Source: Actinomycetota bacterium
GTDB taxonomy: Bacteria > Actinomycetota > UBA4738 > JACQTL01
NCBI GenBank assembly: GCA_045805265.1
Contig: JBJMLO010000008.1
Location: 195,161 to 259,160, forward strand
DNA length: 64,000 bases
Direction: 5' to 3'
The position numbers and the translations under genes were made by a program. Shown piece after piece: positions 1 to 9,196 of this stretch. The notes under the pieces were generated by a model. The model was given only the letters and a program-made list of their open reading frames with translations. It had not been told where the DNA came from and made no database searches. How positions within the stretch are numbered: position 1 is the first letter of the stretch; the number at the start of each line of letters is the position of its first letter.

Positions 1-1376
1 CCGACCAGGAACCCGATCGCGTTCTGCTTGCCGCCGCGGAACTGCGCCACCGGGTCGGGGTTCTCGCCGACGACCTCGTCGATCACCGCGCCGAGCGCAG
101 ACGCGTCGCTCAGCTGGCGGAGGCTCCGGGCCTCGACGATGTCCTCGGCGGGATCGCCGGTGGCGAACGCCTCGGCCAGCACGGTCTTCGCCCCGGTCGA
201 CGACACCACCGCGTCGCCCACCAGCCGGGCCAGGTCGGCCAGGTGCCGCGGCGACAGCTTGCTGAACTCGAGCTCGGTGCCCGACTCGTTCACGAGCGCC
301 GCGACGTCCTGGAGCAGCCAGTTGGCGGCCTGCACCGCCGGCGTCCACAGCCGCACCGACTCCTCGAAGAACTCGGCGGTCGCGCGGGACCCCGCCAACA
401 GCCGGGCCTGCTCGGGCTTCAGCCCGTACTGCTCGACGAACCGCCGGCGCTTCGCGGCCGGGAGCTCGGGCAGGGCCGACCGGATCCCCTCGATCCACTC
501 CAGCGAGGGCTCGAGGGGCGGGAGATCGGGCTCCGGGAAGTACCGGTAGTCGAACGCGAACTCCTTGCTGCGCAAGGGATTCGTGGCGCCACCGTCCTCG
601 TCCCAGTGCCGGGTCTCCTGGACGAGCTTCCCGCCCGACTCCAGGACCTCGACCTGTCGCGCCGACTCGTAGCGCAGCGCGCGCTCCAGCGACCGGATCG
701 AGTTGAGGTTCTTGATCTCGATCTTCGTGCCCAGCTCGGTGGAACCGATGGGCCTGACGCTGACGTTCGCGTCGCACCGCAGCGACCCCTCCTCCATGCG
801 CACGTCGCTCACGCCGAGCGCCTCCAGGGTCGAGCGCAGCTCCGTGAGGTACGCGCGCGCCTCCTCGGCGCTCCGCATGTCCGGTTCGCTCACGACCTCC
901 ACGAGGGGAACTCCCGCCCGGTTGTAGTCGACCAGCGCGTACTCGGCGCCGGCGATGCGGCCGGTTGCGCCGGCGTGCGTGGTCTTCCCCGTGTCCTCCT
1001 CCATGTGCACGCGGGTGATCCCGATTCGGCGCGTCTCGCCGTCGGCGAGCTCGACGTCGAGGTGCCCGCCGACGCAGATCGGCAGGTCGTACTGCGAGAT
1101 CTGGAAGTTCTTCGGCATGTCCGGGTAGAAGTAGTTCTTCCGGTGGAACAGGGAGTGGGGCGCGATCCGCGACCCCACGGCCAGGCCGATGCGGACGATG
1201 TACTCGATCGCGGTCTCATTGGGAACCGGCAGCGTCCCCGGATGGCCGAGGCAGACCTCGCACACGTTGGTGTTCGGCTCTGCGCCGAACGCGTTGGCGC
1301 AGCCGCAGAACATCTTCGTCGCCGTGGACAGCTCGACGTGGCACTCCAGGCCGATCACCGTCTCCCACTCCGTCAT
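1..1376 (-). CDS. gatB: Asp-tRNA(Asn)/Glu-tRNA(Gln) amidotransferase subunit B; C-terminal end runs off the window start
   Basis: Absent from the ORF track because its stop lies outside the window. Reverse-complement translation from ATG at 1376 reads MTEWETVIGLECHVELSTATKMFCGCANAFGAEPNTNVCEVCLGHPGTLPV...FHRKNYFYPDMPKNFQISQYD...RVHMEEDTGK, the canonical GatB N-terminus. I read the frame codon by codon down to position 3 without a stop. Confidence 0.93.
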   Translation of the reverse strand, partial: MTEWETVIGLECHVELSTATKMFCGCANAFGAEPNTNVCEVCLGHPGTLPVPNETAIEYIVRIGLAVGSRIAPHSLFHRKNYFYPDMPKNFQISQYDLPICVGGHLDVELADGETRRIGITRVHMEEDTGKTTHAGATGRIAGAEYALVDYNRAGVPLVEVVSEPDMRSAEEARAYLTELRSTLEALGVSDVRMEEGSLRCDANVSVRPIGSTELGTKIEIKNLNSIRSLERALRYESARQVEVLESGGKLVQETRHWDEDGGATNPLRSKEFAFDYRYFPEPDLPPLEPSLEWIEGIRSALPELPAAKRRRFVEQYGLKPEQARLLAGSRATAEFFEESVRLWTPAVQAANWLLQDVAALVNESGTELEFSKLSPRHLADLARLVGDAVVSSTGAKTVLAEAFATGDPAEDIVEARSLRQLSDASALGAVIDEVVGENPDPVAQFRGGKQNAIGFLV

Positions 1377-1410
1377 CGCGGCACCAGCGTAACGGGTCGT
1401 CCGCCGCCGA

Positions 1411-2775
1411 TCAGGGGACGCCGGCCAGCGGCGCGTGGCGGGGCCAGGGCCGTGCCTGCTCGAGCTGTTTGCCGACGGCGAGCAGCAGCCCCTCGCCGCC
1501 GTTCGGCGCCACGAGCTGCACGGCGAGCGGCGTGCCGTTCGAGTGGATGCCCGCCGGGACCGAGGCGCCGGGGTACTGGGCGAAGTTCCACGCTCCGGCG
1601 AAGGGCACCCACCGGACGTTGCCCCAGAAGTTCGCCCACCACGAGCGCGCCGGCCAGCCCTCCGCCGCGACGGGCTGCTTCGTCATCATCGGCGTCACGA
1701 GGACGTCGAACCTGGAGAAGAACTCTCCGGCCCGCCGCTTCCACCGTTCGCGGTCCTTCTGCCTGACCCGACCCAGGCCCTCGAGCCGCCGGCCCAGCTG
1801 GGCGTGCCGCCGCTGCCGGGGCTCGAGCCGTCGCTCGTCGAGCCCCCTGGTCTCGTCGGCCGTGGAGGCCATGAACCAGGCGACGGTGGCGTTCGCGGTG
1901 GACTGGGAATAGGGGGGGTCGGCCCGCGCGACCTCGTGGCCGGCGTCGAGCAGCGCCTTCGCGGTCCGGTCCACGGCCCGGAGGATCTCGGGGTCGACCT
2001 TCACGCCGGGCAGCGGCACCTTCGTCGACACGGCCACGCGGAGCCTCGACGCCGGTGGCTCGACCCTGCCCAGGGCCGGGTCGGCGGCCATGACCGAGAG
2101 CACGAGGGCGGCGTCGTCCACGGTGGTTGCGAGCGGCCCGTTCTCGGCCAGCCCGCGCCAGCTGTTCACCCCGATCCCGGACGGGACCACCCCCACGCCC
2201 GGCTTGATGCCGAACAGCCCGCAGCACGCCGACGGGATGCGGATCGACCCCATGCCGTCGTTCCCGTGGGCGACCGGGACCATGGCCGAGGCGACGGCAG
2301 CCGCGCTGCCGCCGCTCGATCCGCCGGGGGTCACGTCGAGCTTCCACGGGTTGTGCGCGGCCCCCCACACGTCCTCGGTGATGCCCCACACGCCCAGCTC
2401 CGGGAGTCGGGTGATGCCCACGACCACCGCACCCGCGTCGCGCAGGCGCCTGACGACCTCGTGGTCGGCCGGCGCCGGATCCTCGGACGTCTGGGGACAG
2501 CCGTACCGGGTCGGCTCGCCCTCCACCTGCACGTTGTCCTTGATGGCGACCGGCACTCCGGCCAGGGGCAGCGACCCGAGGTCGGGGCGCGAGGCGAGCG
2601 CATCGGCCTCGGCCAGGGCCGCGTCGCGGCGGACCCGGATGAACGCGCCGATCCGTCCGTTCAGCGCGTCGATCTGTTCGAGATGGTCCCGCACGGCGTC
2701 GGATGGCGTGGCGGAGCCCGTGCGGACCGCCTCCGCGATCTCCCCAGCCGTCTTCCCTACGAGCTTCCCGGCCAC
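1411..2775 (-). CDS. amidase-signature family amidase (GatA paralog)
   Basis: ORF 1411..2877. It carries the amidase signature GGSSGGSAAAVA plus VAIKDN and GSIRIPSACCG. The preferred start is GTG 2775 (VAGKLVGKTAGEI), preceded by AAGGAGG; the alternative upstream ATG is at 2877. The gene lies 34 nt upstream of gatB on the same strand. Confidence 0.85.
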   Translation of the reverse strand: MAGKLVGKTAGEIAEAVRTGSATPSDAVRDHLEQIDALNGRIGAFIRVRRDAALAEADALASRPDLGSLPLAGVPVAIKDNVQVEGEPTRYGCPQTSEDPAPADHEVVRRLRDAGAVVVGITRLPELGVWGITEDVWGAAHNPWKLDVTPGGSSGGSAAAVASAMVPVAHGNDGMGSIRIPSACCGLFGIKPGVGVVPSGIGVNSWRGLAENGPLATTVDDAALVLSVMAADPALGRVEPPASRLRVAVSTKVPLPGVKVDPEILRAVDRTAKALLDAGHEVARADPPYSQSTANATVAWFMASTADETRGLDERRLEPRQRRHAQLGRRLEGLGRVRQKDRERWKRRAGEFFSRFDVLVTPMMTKQPVAAEGWPARSWWANFWGNVRWVPFAGAWNFAQYPGASVPAGIHSNGTPLAVQLVAPNGGEGLLLAVGKQLEQARPWPRHAPLAGVP

Positions 2776-2981
2776 GTCGCCTCCTTGCGCCTCGCGATAC
2801 GTCGCCGAGCATCGACCGAGCGGGCGCCCGCTCGCAACCCGGGCGTCCGCCGGCCCCGGCACCTCCCGATTTGACATGCCGGGATGTCACCGCTAGGTTA
2901 GCCTGGTTCAGTTACTCCGGTTAGGCGAACGCCGGTAACCTCCGACCCGGGAGGCCGGGCGGGACGGAAGGAGGAGCGCGG

Positions 2982-5237
2982 ATGCTGCGTCGAGTGGGTG
3001 AGCTCACCGTCCGGCGGCGGAGATGGATCCTCGTGGGCGCCCTGGTGGCCTTCGTGGCGGCCGGCGCGTTCGGGGGCCGCGTTGCCAAGTCGCTGTCGAG
3101 CGGCGGGTTCGACGATCCGGGCTCCGAGTCCAGCCGCGCCGTGACGGCCCTGCAGCAGCAATTCGACACCGGCGACCCCAACTTCGTGCTGCTGGTCCGG
3201 GCGGGGCACGGGACGGTCGACTCCCCCGCCGTCCGTGCCGAAGGGCTTCGCCTGACTTCGCAGCTGGCGCGCGAGCGGGGCGTCGAGGCCGTGGTGTCCT
3301 ACTGGTCACTGCGGGACGCCCCGCCGCTGCGCAGCAGGAACTCCTCCGAGGGCCTGGTCCTGGCCCGCATCGAGGGCAGCGACGACACGGTCCGCGACCG
3401 GGTCGAGACCCTCGCCCCCCGGTACACGCTCACCACGCCGGACGTGACGGTGGGCATCGGCGGCCGGGCCGAGGTGTTCCATCAGGTCTCGACGCAGGTC
3501 GAGAGCGACCTGCAGAAGGCCGAGCGGATCTCGATCCCGATCACGCTGGTGCTGCTGATCCTGGTGTTCGGCAGCGTCGTGGCCGCCGGCCTCCCCCTCA
3601 TGATCGGCGGGTTCGCCATCGTGGGGACATTCGTCGCGCTCCGGGTGCTGTCGTCGCTGACGGACGTCTCGATCTTCTCGCTGAACCTCACCACCGCGAT
3701 GAGCCTGGGTCTCGGGATCGACTACGCGCTCTTCATCGTGTCGAGATACCGGGAGGAGGTCCGCCGCGGCCTCGCGCCGCACGACGCCGTCGTGCGGTCG
3801 GTCGAGACCGCCGGCCGGACCGTCCTGTTCAGCGCGCTGACGGTGGGCGTATCCATGGCCGCGCTGATGGTGTTCCCGCTGTACTTCCTGCGCTCGTTCG
3901 CGTACGCGGGGATCGCGGTGGTGACGCTCGCCGCCTTCGGAGCGGTGATCATTCTCCCCGCCCTGATCGCGGTGCTCGGCCGGCGGGTGGACTCGCTGGT
4001 CCTGTGGCGGCGCAAGCCCAAGCCCGAGGGAACGGGCTTCTGGCACCGGCTGGCCACGGTGGTCATGCGGCGGCCCGGGTTCATCGCGGTCGGGATCGTC
4101 GCCGTCTTGCTGGTGCTCGGCGCGCCGTTCCTGAAGGTGAACTTCGGCCTCCCCGACGACCGGGTGCTCCCGACCTCGGCCTCGAGCCGGGTCGTCCAGG
4201 ACCAGATCCGCACGCAGTTCACGTCGCAGGAGGTCAACACGATGCCGGTGGTGGCGCCGGACACGGGCGGAGCGACGCCGACGGCCGGCCAGATCACCTC
4301 CTACGCCTCGCGGCTGTCCCGGATCCCGGGCGTGGGGCGCGTCGACGCGCTGACGGGCTCGTTCGAGAAGGGCCGGCTGATGTTCGGCCCGAATCGGGGT
4401 TCGGCGCGCTTCCGGGCCCCGCACGCGACGTGGCTGTCGGTCGTCCCGTCCGTCGAGCCGATGTCGGACGCCGGCGAGGCACTGGTCCACGACCTCCGCG
4501 CGACGCCCGCGCCGTTCGACGTGCTGGTCGGCGGCGACGCCGCGCGGCTCGTGGACTCCAAGCACGCGCTGTTCGACCGGGTCCCCCTTGCGCTCGGCCT
4601 GATCGGGCTCGTGACGTTCGTGGTCCTGTTCCTGTTCACCGGCTCGCTGTTCGTGCCGGTCAAGGCGGTGGTGCTGAACCTGCTGTCGCTGACCGCGACG
4701 TTCGGCGCCATGGTGTGGGTGTTCCAGGAGGGCCACCTGTCCGGGCTGCTGAACTTCACCCCGACCGGCCTGATCGACACGACCACGCCGATCACGATGT
4801 TCTGCATCGCGTTCGGGCTGTCGATGGACTACGAGGTGTTCCTGCTGTCGCGGATCCGGGAGGAGTGGCTGCGAACCGGCGACAACGTGCGGAGCGTCGC
4901 GCTCGGCCTGGAGCGCACTGGGCCGCTGGTGACCGCCGCGGCCGCGACCCTGGCGCTGGTGTTCATCGCGTTCGCGACGTCGCAGGTCACGTTCATCAAG
5001 CTCCTCGGCGTCGGCCTGGCGCTGGCGGTGATCATGGACGCCACGCTGATCCGCGGGACCCTGGTCCCGGCGTTCATGCGGCTGGCCGGGCGGGCCAACT
5101 GGTGGGCGCCGCGATGGCTGCGCCGGGTGCACGACCGCATCGGACTGCGCGAGGCGCCGGCCGCCGCCCCGCCCGTCGCCGACGGGGCGGTCGGTCCTGG
5201 CCCGGAACCCACCCCCGTGCGAGAGTTGGCCTCGTGA
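2982..5237 (+). CDS. MMPL/RND-type membrane transporter
   Basis: 751-aa ORF with AAGGAGGAG RBS. An N-terminal TM is followed by an extracytoplasmic loop. There are two hydrophobic helix bundles (GLPLMIGGFAIVGTFVAL..., LNLLSLTATFGAMVWVF...) and the GLSMDYEVFLLSRIRE motif typical of the MMPL family. Confidence 0.85.
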   Translation: MLRRVGELTVRRRRWILVGALVAFVAAGAFGGRVAKSLSSGGFDDPGSESSRAVTALQQQFDTGDPNFVLLVRAGHGTVDSPAVRAEGLRLTSQLARERGVEAVVSYWSLRDAPPLRSRNSSEGLVLARIEGSDDTVRDRVETLAPRYTLTTPDVTVGIGGRAEVFHQVSTQVESDLQKAERISIPITLVLLILVFGSVVAAGLPLMIGGFAIVGTFVALRVLSSLTDVSIFSLNLTTAMSLGLGIDYALFIVSRYREEVRRGLAPHDAVVRSVETAGRTVLFSALTVGVSMAALMVFPLYFLRSFAYAGIAVVTLAAFGAVIILPALIAVLGRRVDSLVLWRRKPKPEGTGFWHRLATVVMRRPGFIAVGIVAVLLVLGAPFLKVNFGLPDDRVLPTSASSRVVQDQIRTQFTSQEVNTMPVVAPDTGGATPTAGQITSYASRLSRIPGVGRVDALTGSFEKGRLMFGPNRGSARFRAPHATWLSVVPSVEPMSDAGEALVHDLRATPAPFDVLVGGDAARLVDSKHALFDRVPLALGLIGLVTFVVLFLFTGSLFVPVKAVVLNLLSLTATFGAMVWVFQEGHLSGLLNFTPTGLIDTTTPITMFCIAFGLSMDYEVFLLSRIREEWLRTGDNVRSVALGLERTGPLVTAAAATLALVFIAFATSQVTFIKLLGVGLALAVIMDATLIRGTLVPAFMRLAGRANWWAPRWLRRVHDRIGLREAPAAAPPVADGAVGPGPEPTPVRELAS

Positions 5238-5887
5238 CCGAGCCGACGACGACGGAACTGGCCCCCGAAGCCCCTCGGCGCCGCCGCGCGCCGAGGGGCC
5301 AGGGCGAGCTCCTCCGCGAGGAGATCATCGAGGCCACCGAGCGCCTGCTGATCGAGGCGGGCGACCAGGACGCCGTGTCGATCCGCGCGGTGGCCGAGGC
5401 GGTCGGCGTGTCGCCGCCCTCGATCTACCTGCACTTCGCCGACAAGATCGACCTCATCTTCGCCGTGTGCGAGCGGCACTTCCAGCGGTTCGACGAGATC
5501 CAGGAAGCGGCGGCCGCGGCGGCGGCCGACCCGGTGCAGGGCCTCATGGCCCGCGGTCGCGCCTACATCCAGTTCGGCCTCGAGAACCCCGAGCAGTACC
5601 GCATCCTGTTCCTGACCAAGCCGACCAAGACGCCGGAGTCGTGGAGCTTCGAGCGCATGGTCGGCAGCGTGGCCTTCGAGCACCTGGTCGTCGCGGTCGC
5701 GCAGTGCATCGACTACCTGGCCATCGACCCGCCACCCGACCCGCAGATGGTCGCGATCACCCTGTGGTCGATGGTCCACGGCCTCACGTCGCTGCTGCTG
5801 AACCACCCCAACTTCCCCTGGCCCGACCGTGACGCCCTCATCGAGCACGTCCTGACCATGCCGATCGAGGGCCTGCTTCCCAGGTAG
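5234..5887 (+). CDS. TetR/AcrR family transcriptional regulator
   Basis: This is the last 217 codons of track ORF 3023..5887. GTG 5234 overlaps the mmpL stop (GTGA). The HTH segment is VSIRAVAEAVGVSPPSIYLHFADKIDL. Confidence 0.85.
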   Translation: MTEPTTTELAPEAPRRRRAPRGQGELLREEIIEATERLLIEAGDQDAVSIRAVAEAVGVSPPSIYLHFADKIDLIFAVCERHFQRFDEIQEAAAAAAADPVQGLMARGRAYIQFGLENPEQYRILFLTKPTKTPESWSFERMVGSVAFEHLVVAVAQCIDYLAIDPPPDPQMVAITLWSMVHGLTSLLLNHPNFPWPDRDALIEHVLTMPIEGLLPR

Positions 5888-5918
5888 CGACCGCACTGAG
5901 AACGGACAGGAGCGACGC

Positions 5919-6362
5919 ATGCAATCTCGAATCCACGTGATCACGCTGGCGGTCGGGGACCTCGATCGGGCCCTGGAGTTCTACCGTGGCCTGGGATTCG
6001 AGTCGCCCGGATTGGTCGGCACCGAGTTCGCTGGTGACGAAACGACGCCCGCCGGGGCGGCGGCGATGTTCCAGCTGGCCGGCGGCCTGATCCTTTCTCT
6101 GTACCCCCGCACCGAGCTGGCGAAGGACGCCAACATCCCGTTCGGGCCCCCCAGGAGCGGCGAGTTCAGCATCGGCCACCTGGTCGGCAGCAAGGACGAG
6201 GTGGACGCCGTGCTCGCCCGGGCCGAGGCGGCGGGTGCGACGCCGACGGACCGGCCACACGAGCGGCCCTGGGGGATCTACTCCGGCTACTTCCGGGACC
6301 CCGACGGGCACCTGTGGGAGATCATCTGGAACCTCGAGCTCGACGTGGCGGCCTCCGAGTAG
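5919..6362 (+). CDS. VOC (glyoxalase/bleomycin-resistance/dioxygenase) family protein
   Basis: 147 aa. The motifs HVITLAVGDLDRALEFYRGLGF ... GYFRDPDGHLWEI show the typical VOC beta-alpha-beta fold signature. Confidence 0.8.
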   Translation: MQSRIHVITLAVGDLDRALEFYRGLGFESPGLVGTEFAGDETTPAGAAAMFQLAGGLILSLYPRTELAKDANIPFGPPRSGEFSIGHLVGSKDEVDAVLARAEAAGATPTDRPHERPWGIYSGYFRDPDGHLWEIIWNLELDVAASE

Positions 6363-6424
6363 TTCCCGTTCCTCGGCCACGGCCAGCCAAAGTCGAAGCT
6401 GCACGGAACGGGGAGAAAGGCGGT

Positions 6425-7903
6425 TCAGGCCGCCGCCAGCAGCGGGGGCTGCAGCCGGAAGCCGAAGTCCTGTTCGAACGCATGGGCGGCGCGGAGGATG
6501 GCACGTTCGCCCAGCAGGGGTCCGGTGAACTGCAAGCCCACCGGGAGGCCGTCGGCGTCGAGGCCACAGGGGACGCTGATCGACGGGACTCCGGCCAGGT
6601 CGGCAGGGATCGTGAAGATGTCGCTCAGGTACATCTTGATCGGATCGTCGGTGCGCTCGCCGATGCGGAAGGCCGTGGTCGGCGACGTCGGCGACAGGAG
6701 CACGTCGAAGCCCTCGAACGCCTTCTGGTAGTCGCGGATCACCAGCGTGCGGACCTTCTGGGCCTGGCCGTAGTAGGCGTCGTAGTAGCCCGCCGAGAGC
6801 GAGTACGTGCCGAGGATGATGCGGCGCTTGACCTCGTCGCCGAAGCCCTCGCCCCGGGTCTTCATCATCATCTGGACGACGTCGTCGACCGGTTCCTTCG
6901 TGCGGTGGCCGTAGCGCACGCCGTCGTACCGGGCGAGGTTCGAGGAACACTCAGCGGGCGCCAGCAGGTAGTACGCGCTGAACGCGTAGTCGGCGTTCGG
7001 CAGCGAGACCTCCTCGCACGTGGCCCCCAGCCCCTCGAGGCGTTCGATCGAGGCGCGGAACGCGTCGGTCACGCCGGGCTCCACTCCCTCGGCGAACGAC
7101 TCCTTGATCACACCGACCCTGACGCCGCCGACCCCCGCGTCGAGACCCTCCGAGTAGTCGGCTGCCGGTTCCTCGACGCTCGTGGCGTCCTTCGGGTCCA
7201 CGCCGGCCAGCGTCGACAGCAGCAGCGCGGCGTCCCGGGTGGTCCGCGTGAACGTCCCCACGTGGTCGAGCGACGACGCGAACGCGATCAGCCCGTACCG
7301 GGAGATGCGGCCGTAGGTCGGCTTCAGCCCCACCACGCCGCATAGCGCGGCCGGCTGGCGAACGCTGCCGCCGGTGTCGGTCCCGAGCGCCCAGGTGGCC
7401 ATGCCGGAGGCCACCGCGGCCGCCGAGCCGCTCGACGATCCGCCCGGCACGCGGTCGAGGTCCCACGGGTTGCGCGTCACCCCGTATGCGGAGTTCTCAC
7501 CCGACGAGCCCATCGCGAACTCGTCGCAGTTCGTCTTGCCGACCAGCACCGCGCCGGCCTCGCGAAGCCGCGACCAGACTGTCGAGTCGTACGGCGGCAC
7601 GTAGGGCTCGAGGATGCGCGAGCCGCAGGTCGCGGTGACGCCCTTGACCGCTAGGACGTCCTTCAGCGCGATCGGGATGCCGGCGGCGGGCGGAAGCGCC
7701 TGGCCGAGCCCGAGGCGGCGGTCGACGTCCTCGGCCTGCTCCCGGGCCAGGTTCCCCGTGACCGACAGGAACGCGTTGACGCGCTCGTTCAGGTCCGACA
7801 CACGCTGCAGCGCCGCCTCGGCGAGCTGCATCGCGGAGATCTCTCTGGCGCGCAGCGCCGCCGCCAGCTCCACAGCGGACAGCGCGAGGGGGTCGGTGGG
7901 CAT
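6425..7903 (-). CDS. gatA: Asp-tRNA(Asn)/Glu-tRNA(Gln) amidotransferase subunit A
   Basis: 492 aa. Motifs are IALKDVLAVKGVTATCGSRIL, GGSSSGSAAAVA and TDTGGSVRQPAALCG. The gene sits immediately downstream of gatC with a 4-nt gap. Confidence 0.93.
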   Translation of the reverse strand: MPTDPLALSAVELAAALRAREISAMQLAEAALQRVSDLNERVNAFLSVTGNLAREQAEDVDRRLGLGQALPPAAGIPIALKDVLAVKGVTATCGSRILEPYVPPYDSTVWSRLREAGAVLVGKTNCDEFAMGSSGENSAYGVTRNPWDLDRVPGGSSSGSAAAVASGMATWALGTDTGGSVRQPAALCGVVGLKPTYGRISRYGLIAFASSLDHVGTFTRTTRDAALLLSTLAGVDPKDATSVEEPAADYSEGLDAGVGGVRVGVIKESFAEGVEPGVTDAFRASIERLEGLGATCEEVSLPNADYAFSAYYLLAPAECSSNLARYDGVRYGHRTKEPVDDVVQMMMKTRGEGFGDEVKRRIILGTYSLSAGYYDAYYGQAQKVRTLVIRDYQKAFEGFDVLLSPTSPTTAFRIGERTDDPIKMYLSDIFTIPADLAGVPSISVPCGLDADGLPVGLQFTGPLLGERAILRAAHAFEQDFGFRLQPPLLAAA

Positions 7904-7907
7904 CCGG

Positions 7908-8198
7908 CTACTCCTGCTCCACGATCCGGGGGACCTTGAACCGGTCGCCCTCGACCTCGGGCGCGTTGGACAGGGCCTCCTCGCGGGTCAGCCCGGGCTC
8001 GGGCACGTCCGGACGCAGGACGTTGGCCCGCGGGACCGCGTGCGCGGTCGGCGGCACGTCCTCCGCGGCGACCTCCTGAACCCGCGCGGCGTGCTCGAGG
8101 ATCACCCCGAGCTGGGCCTTCATCCGCGCCTTCTCCTCGTCCGTCAGCCGCAGGCGGGCGAGACGCGCGACGTGCTCGATGTCGATCTCGACCGGCAT
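7908..8198 (-). CDS. gatC: Asp-tRNA(Asn)/Glu-tRNA(Gln) amidotransferase subunit C
   Basis: 96 aa. The protein reads IEHVARLARLRLTDEEKARMKAQLGVILEH...VPRIVE, typical of GatC, and the gene lies upstream of gatA. Confidence 0.9.
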   Translation of the reverse strand: MPVEIDIEHVARLARLRLTDEEKARMKAQLGVILEHAARVQEVAAEDVPPTAHAVPRANVLRPDVPEPGLTREEALSNAPEVEGDRFKVPRIVEQE

Positions 8199-8245
8199 GG
8201 CCGCACAGTCTAGTGGCCTCCGCGTGACCGGCCCGGGGATCGGCG

Positions 8246-8671
8246 TCAGGCCGGGAACGGCGCGCCGGTACCCGTCTCGCAGTACTTCCGGAGGCTCTCG
8301 AGGTAGTAGCCCCAGTTGAAGTTCTAGATGCCGAAGGACTCCTCGTCGCCCGCCGTGTACTCCTGACGGAACGTCAGGCGGCTCCCGCCCTGGTGTTCCC
8401 GGATGTCGAACCGGATCCGCGCGTCAGCCCACGGCTCGTGGCCCCCGACGCACGACCAGGCCACCGTCGTCGGCTCGGTCAGCTCGTCGACGCGCATCCG
8501 CGGATTGAACACGTCGGGGACGAACGTGAACTCGACGACGCTCCCGACCTCCGCCTGGGGAGACCGGACCTTCGTGGTCCACCAGCTCGACAGGCCCTCC
8601 TCCGTGGTGACCGCGGCGAACACCTGATCCGGAGCGGCCGGGACGTCGACGACGTGCAGGATCCTATCCAT
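8246..8671 (-). pseudogene. SRPBCC/AHSA1-family protein interrupted by an in-frame TAG
   Basis: Track ORF 8324..8671 ends ...YTAGDEESFGI at TAG (8326..8324). The same frame continues NFNWGYYLESLRKYCETGTGAPFPA to TGA at 8248..8246. That continuation looks like the usual C-terminal helix of this family. Confidence 0.6.
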
Positions 8672-8701
8672 GCCGAATCACACCCTCCTCTTTCCGGCTC
8701 G

Positions 8702-9196
8702 TCACGAGCCGCTCGTCAGGTGCCCGCGTTCCGTCCACGGGTCCGTCCCGGGATCGCCGTCCGCGGCCACCTCGACCAGCCGCGGCAGGAAGTGATCCCA
8801 TCCGGCCGCGTGTTCACCCCGCGCCTCCTCCGGCAGCCCGCGATGGGTCAGCCGCAGGACCGTCCCCTCGCCGTCCGGCGTGAGCTCGACCTCGACCGTG
8901 GTGGCCCCCGGCGGCAGAGGGCCGCCCTCCCAGCCCCAGGTGAACACCACGCGACGGGGTGCGTCGATCTCGACGAACTCGCCGCGGACGCGGCTGGTGC
9001 CGTCGATCTCGACGCGGTACGTCCCGCCCGGCTCGGGCTGGAGTTGCGCGGAACGCCCCATCCACCGCACGTACAGCGCCGGATCCGTGAAGAACGGGAA
9101 CACGGCCTCGGGCGTCGCAGCGATGCGGATCTCACGGACGAGGTCGCCGGAGCCGGTGCGCTCGGCCTCAGCCCTGAGTGGTTTCCGTTCCCCCAC
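8702..9196 (-). CDS. SRPBCC/AHSA1-family protein
   Basis: 164 aa. The sequence REIRIAATPEAVFPFFTDPALYVRWMG...VVFTWGWEG...LTHRGLPEE resembles the Aha1/START-like fold family often paired with ArsR. The start overlaps the ArsR stop by 29 nt. Confidence 0.8.
   Translation of the reverse strand: MGERKPLRAEAERTGSGDLVREIRIAATPEAVFPFFTDPALYVRWMGRSAQLQPEPGGTYRVEIDGTSRVRGEFVEIDAPRRVVFTWGWEGGPLPPGATTVEVELTPDGEGTVLRLTHRGLPEEARGEHAAGWDHFLPRLVEVAADGDPGTDPWTERGHLTSGS

Noticed and set aside
243-1766. 507-aa plus-strand ORF
   Set aside because: It is antisense to gatB and the amidase, whose translations carry unmistakable family motifs. Its product is Arg/Pro/Ala/Gly low-complexity sequence, typical of off-frame ORFs in very high-GC DNA.
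3023-5233. N-terminal 737 codons of the 954-aa ORF 3023..5887
   Set aside because: This stretch overlaps mmpL out of frame and is Arg/Pro/Gly-rich. Only the last 217 codons, from GTG 5234, show TetR homology.
6363-6424. Intrinsic terminator between the VOC gene and gatA
   Set aside because: CCCGTTCC / GGAACGGG can pair, but they enclose a 32-nt loop and there is no U-tract. This is too weak to call.
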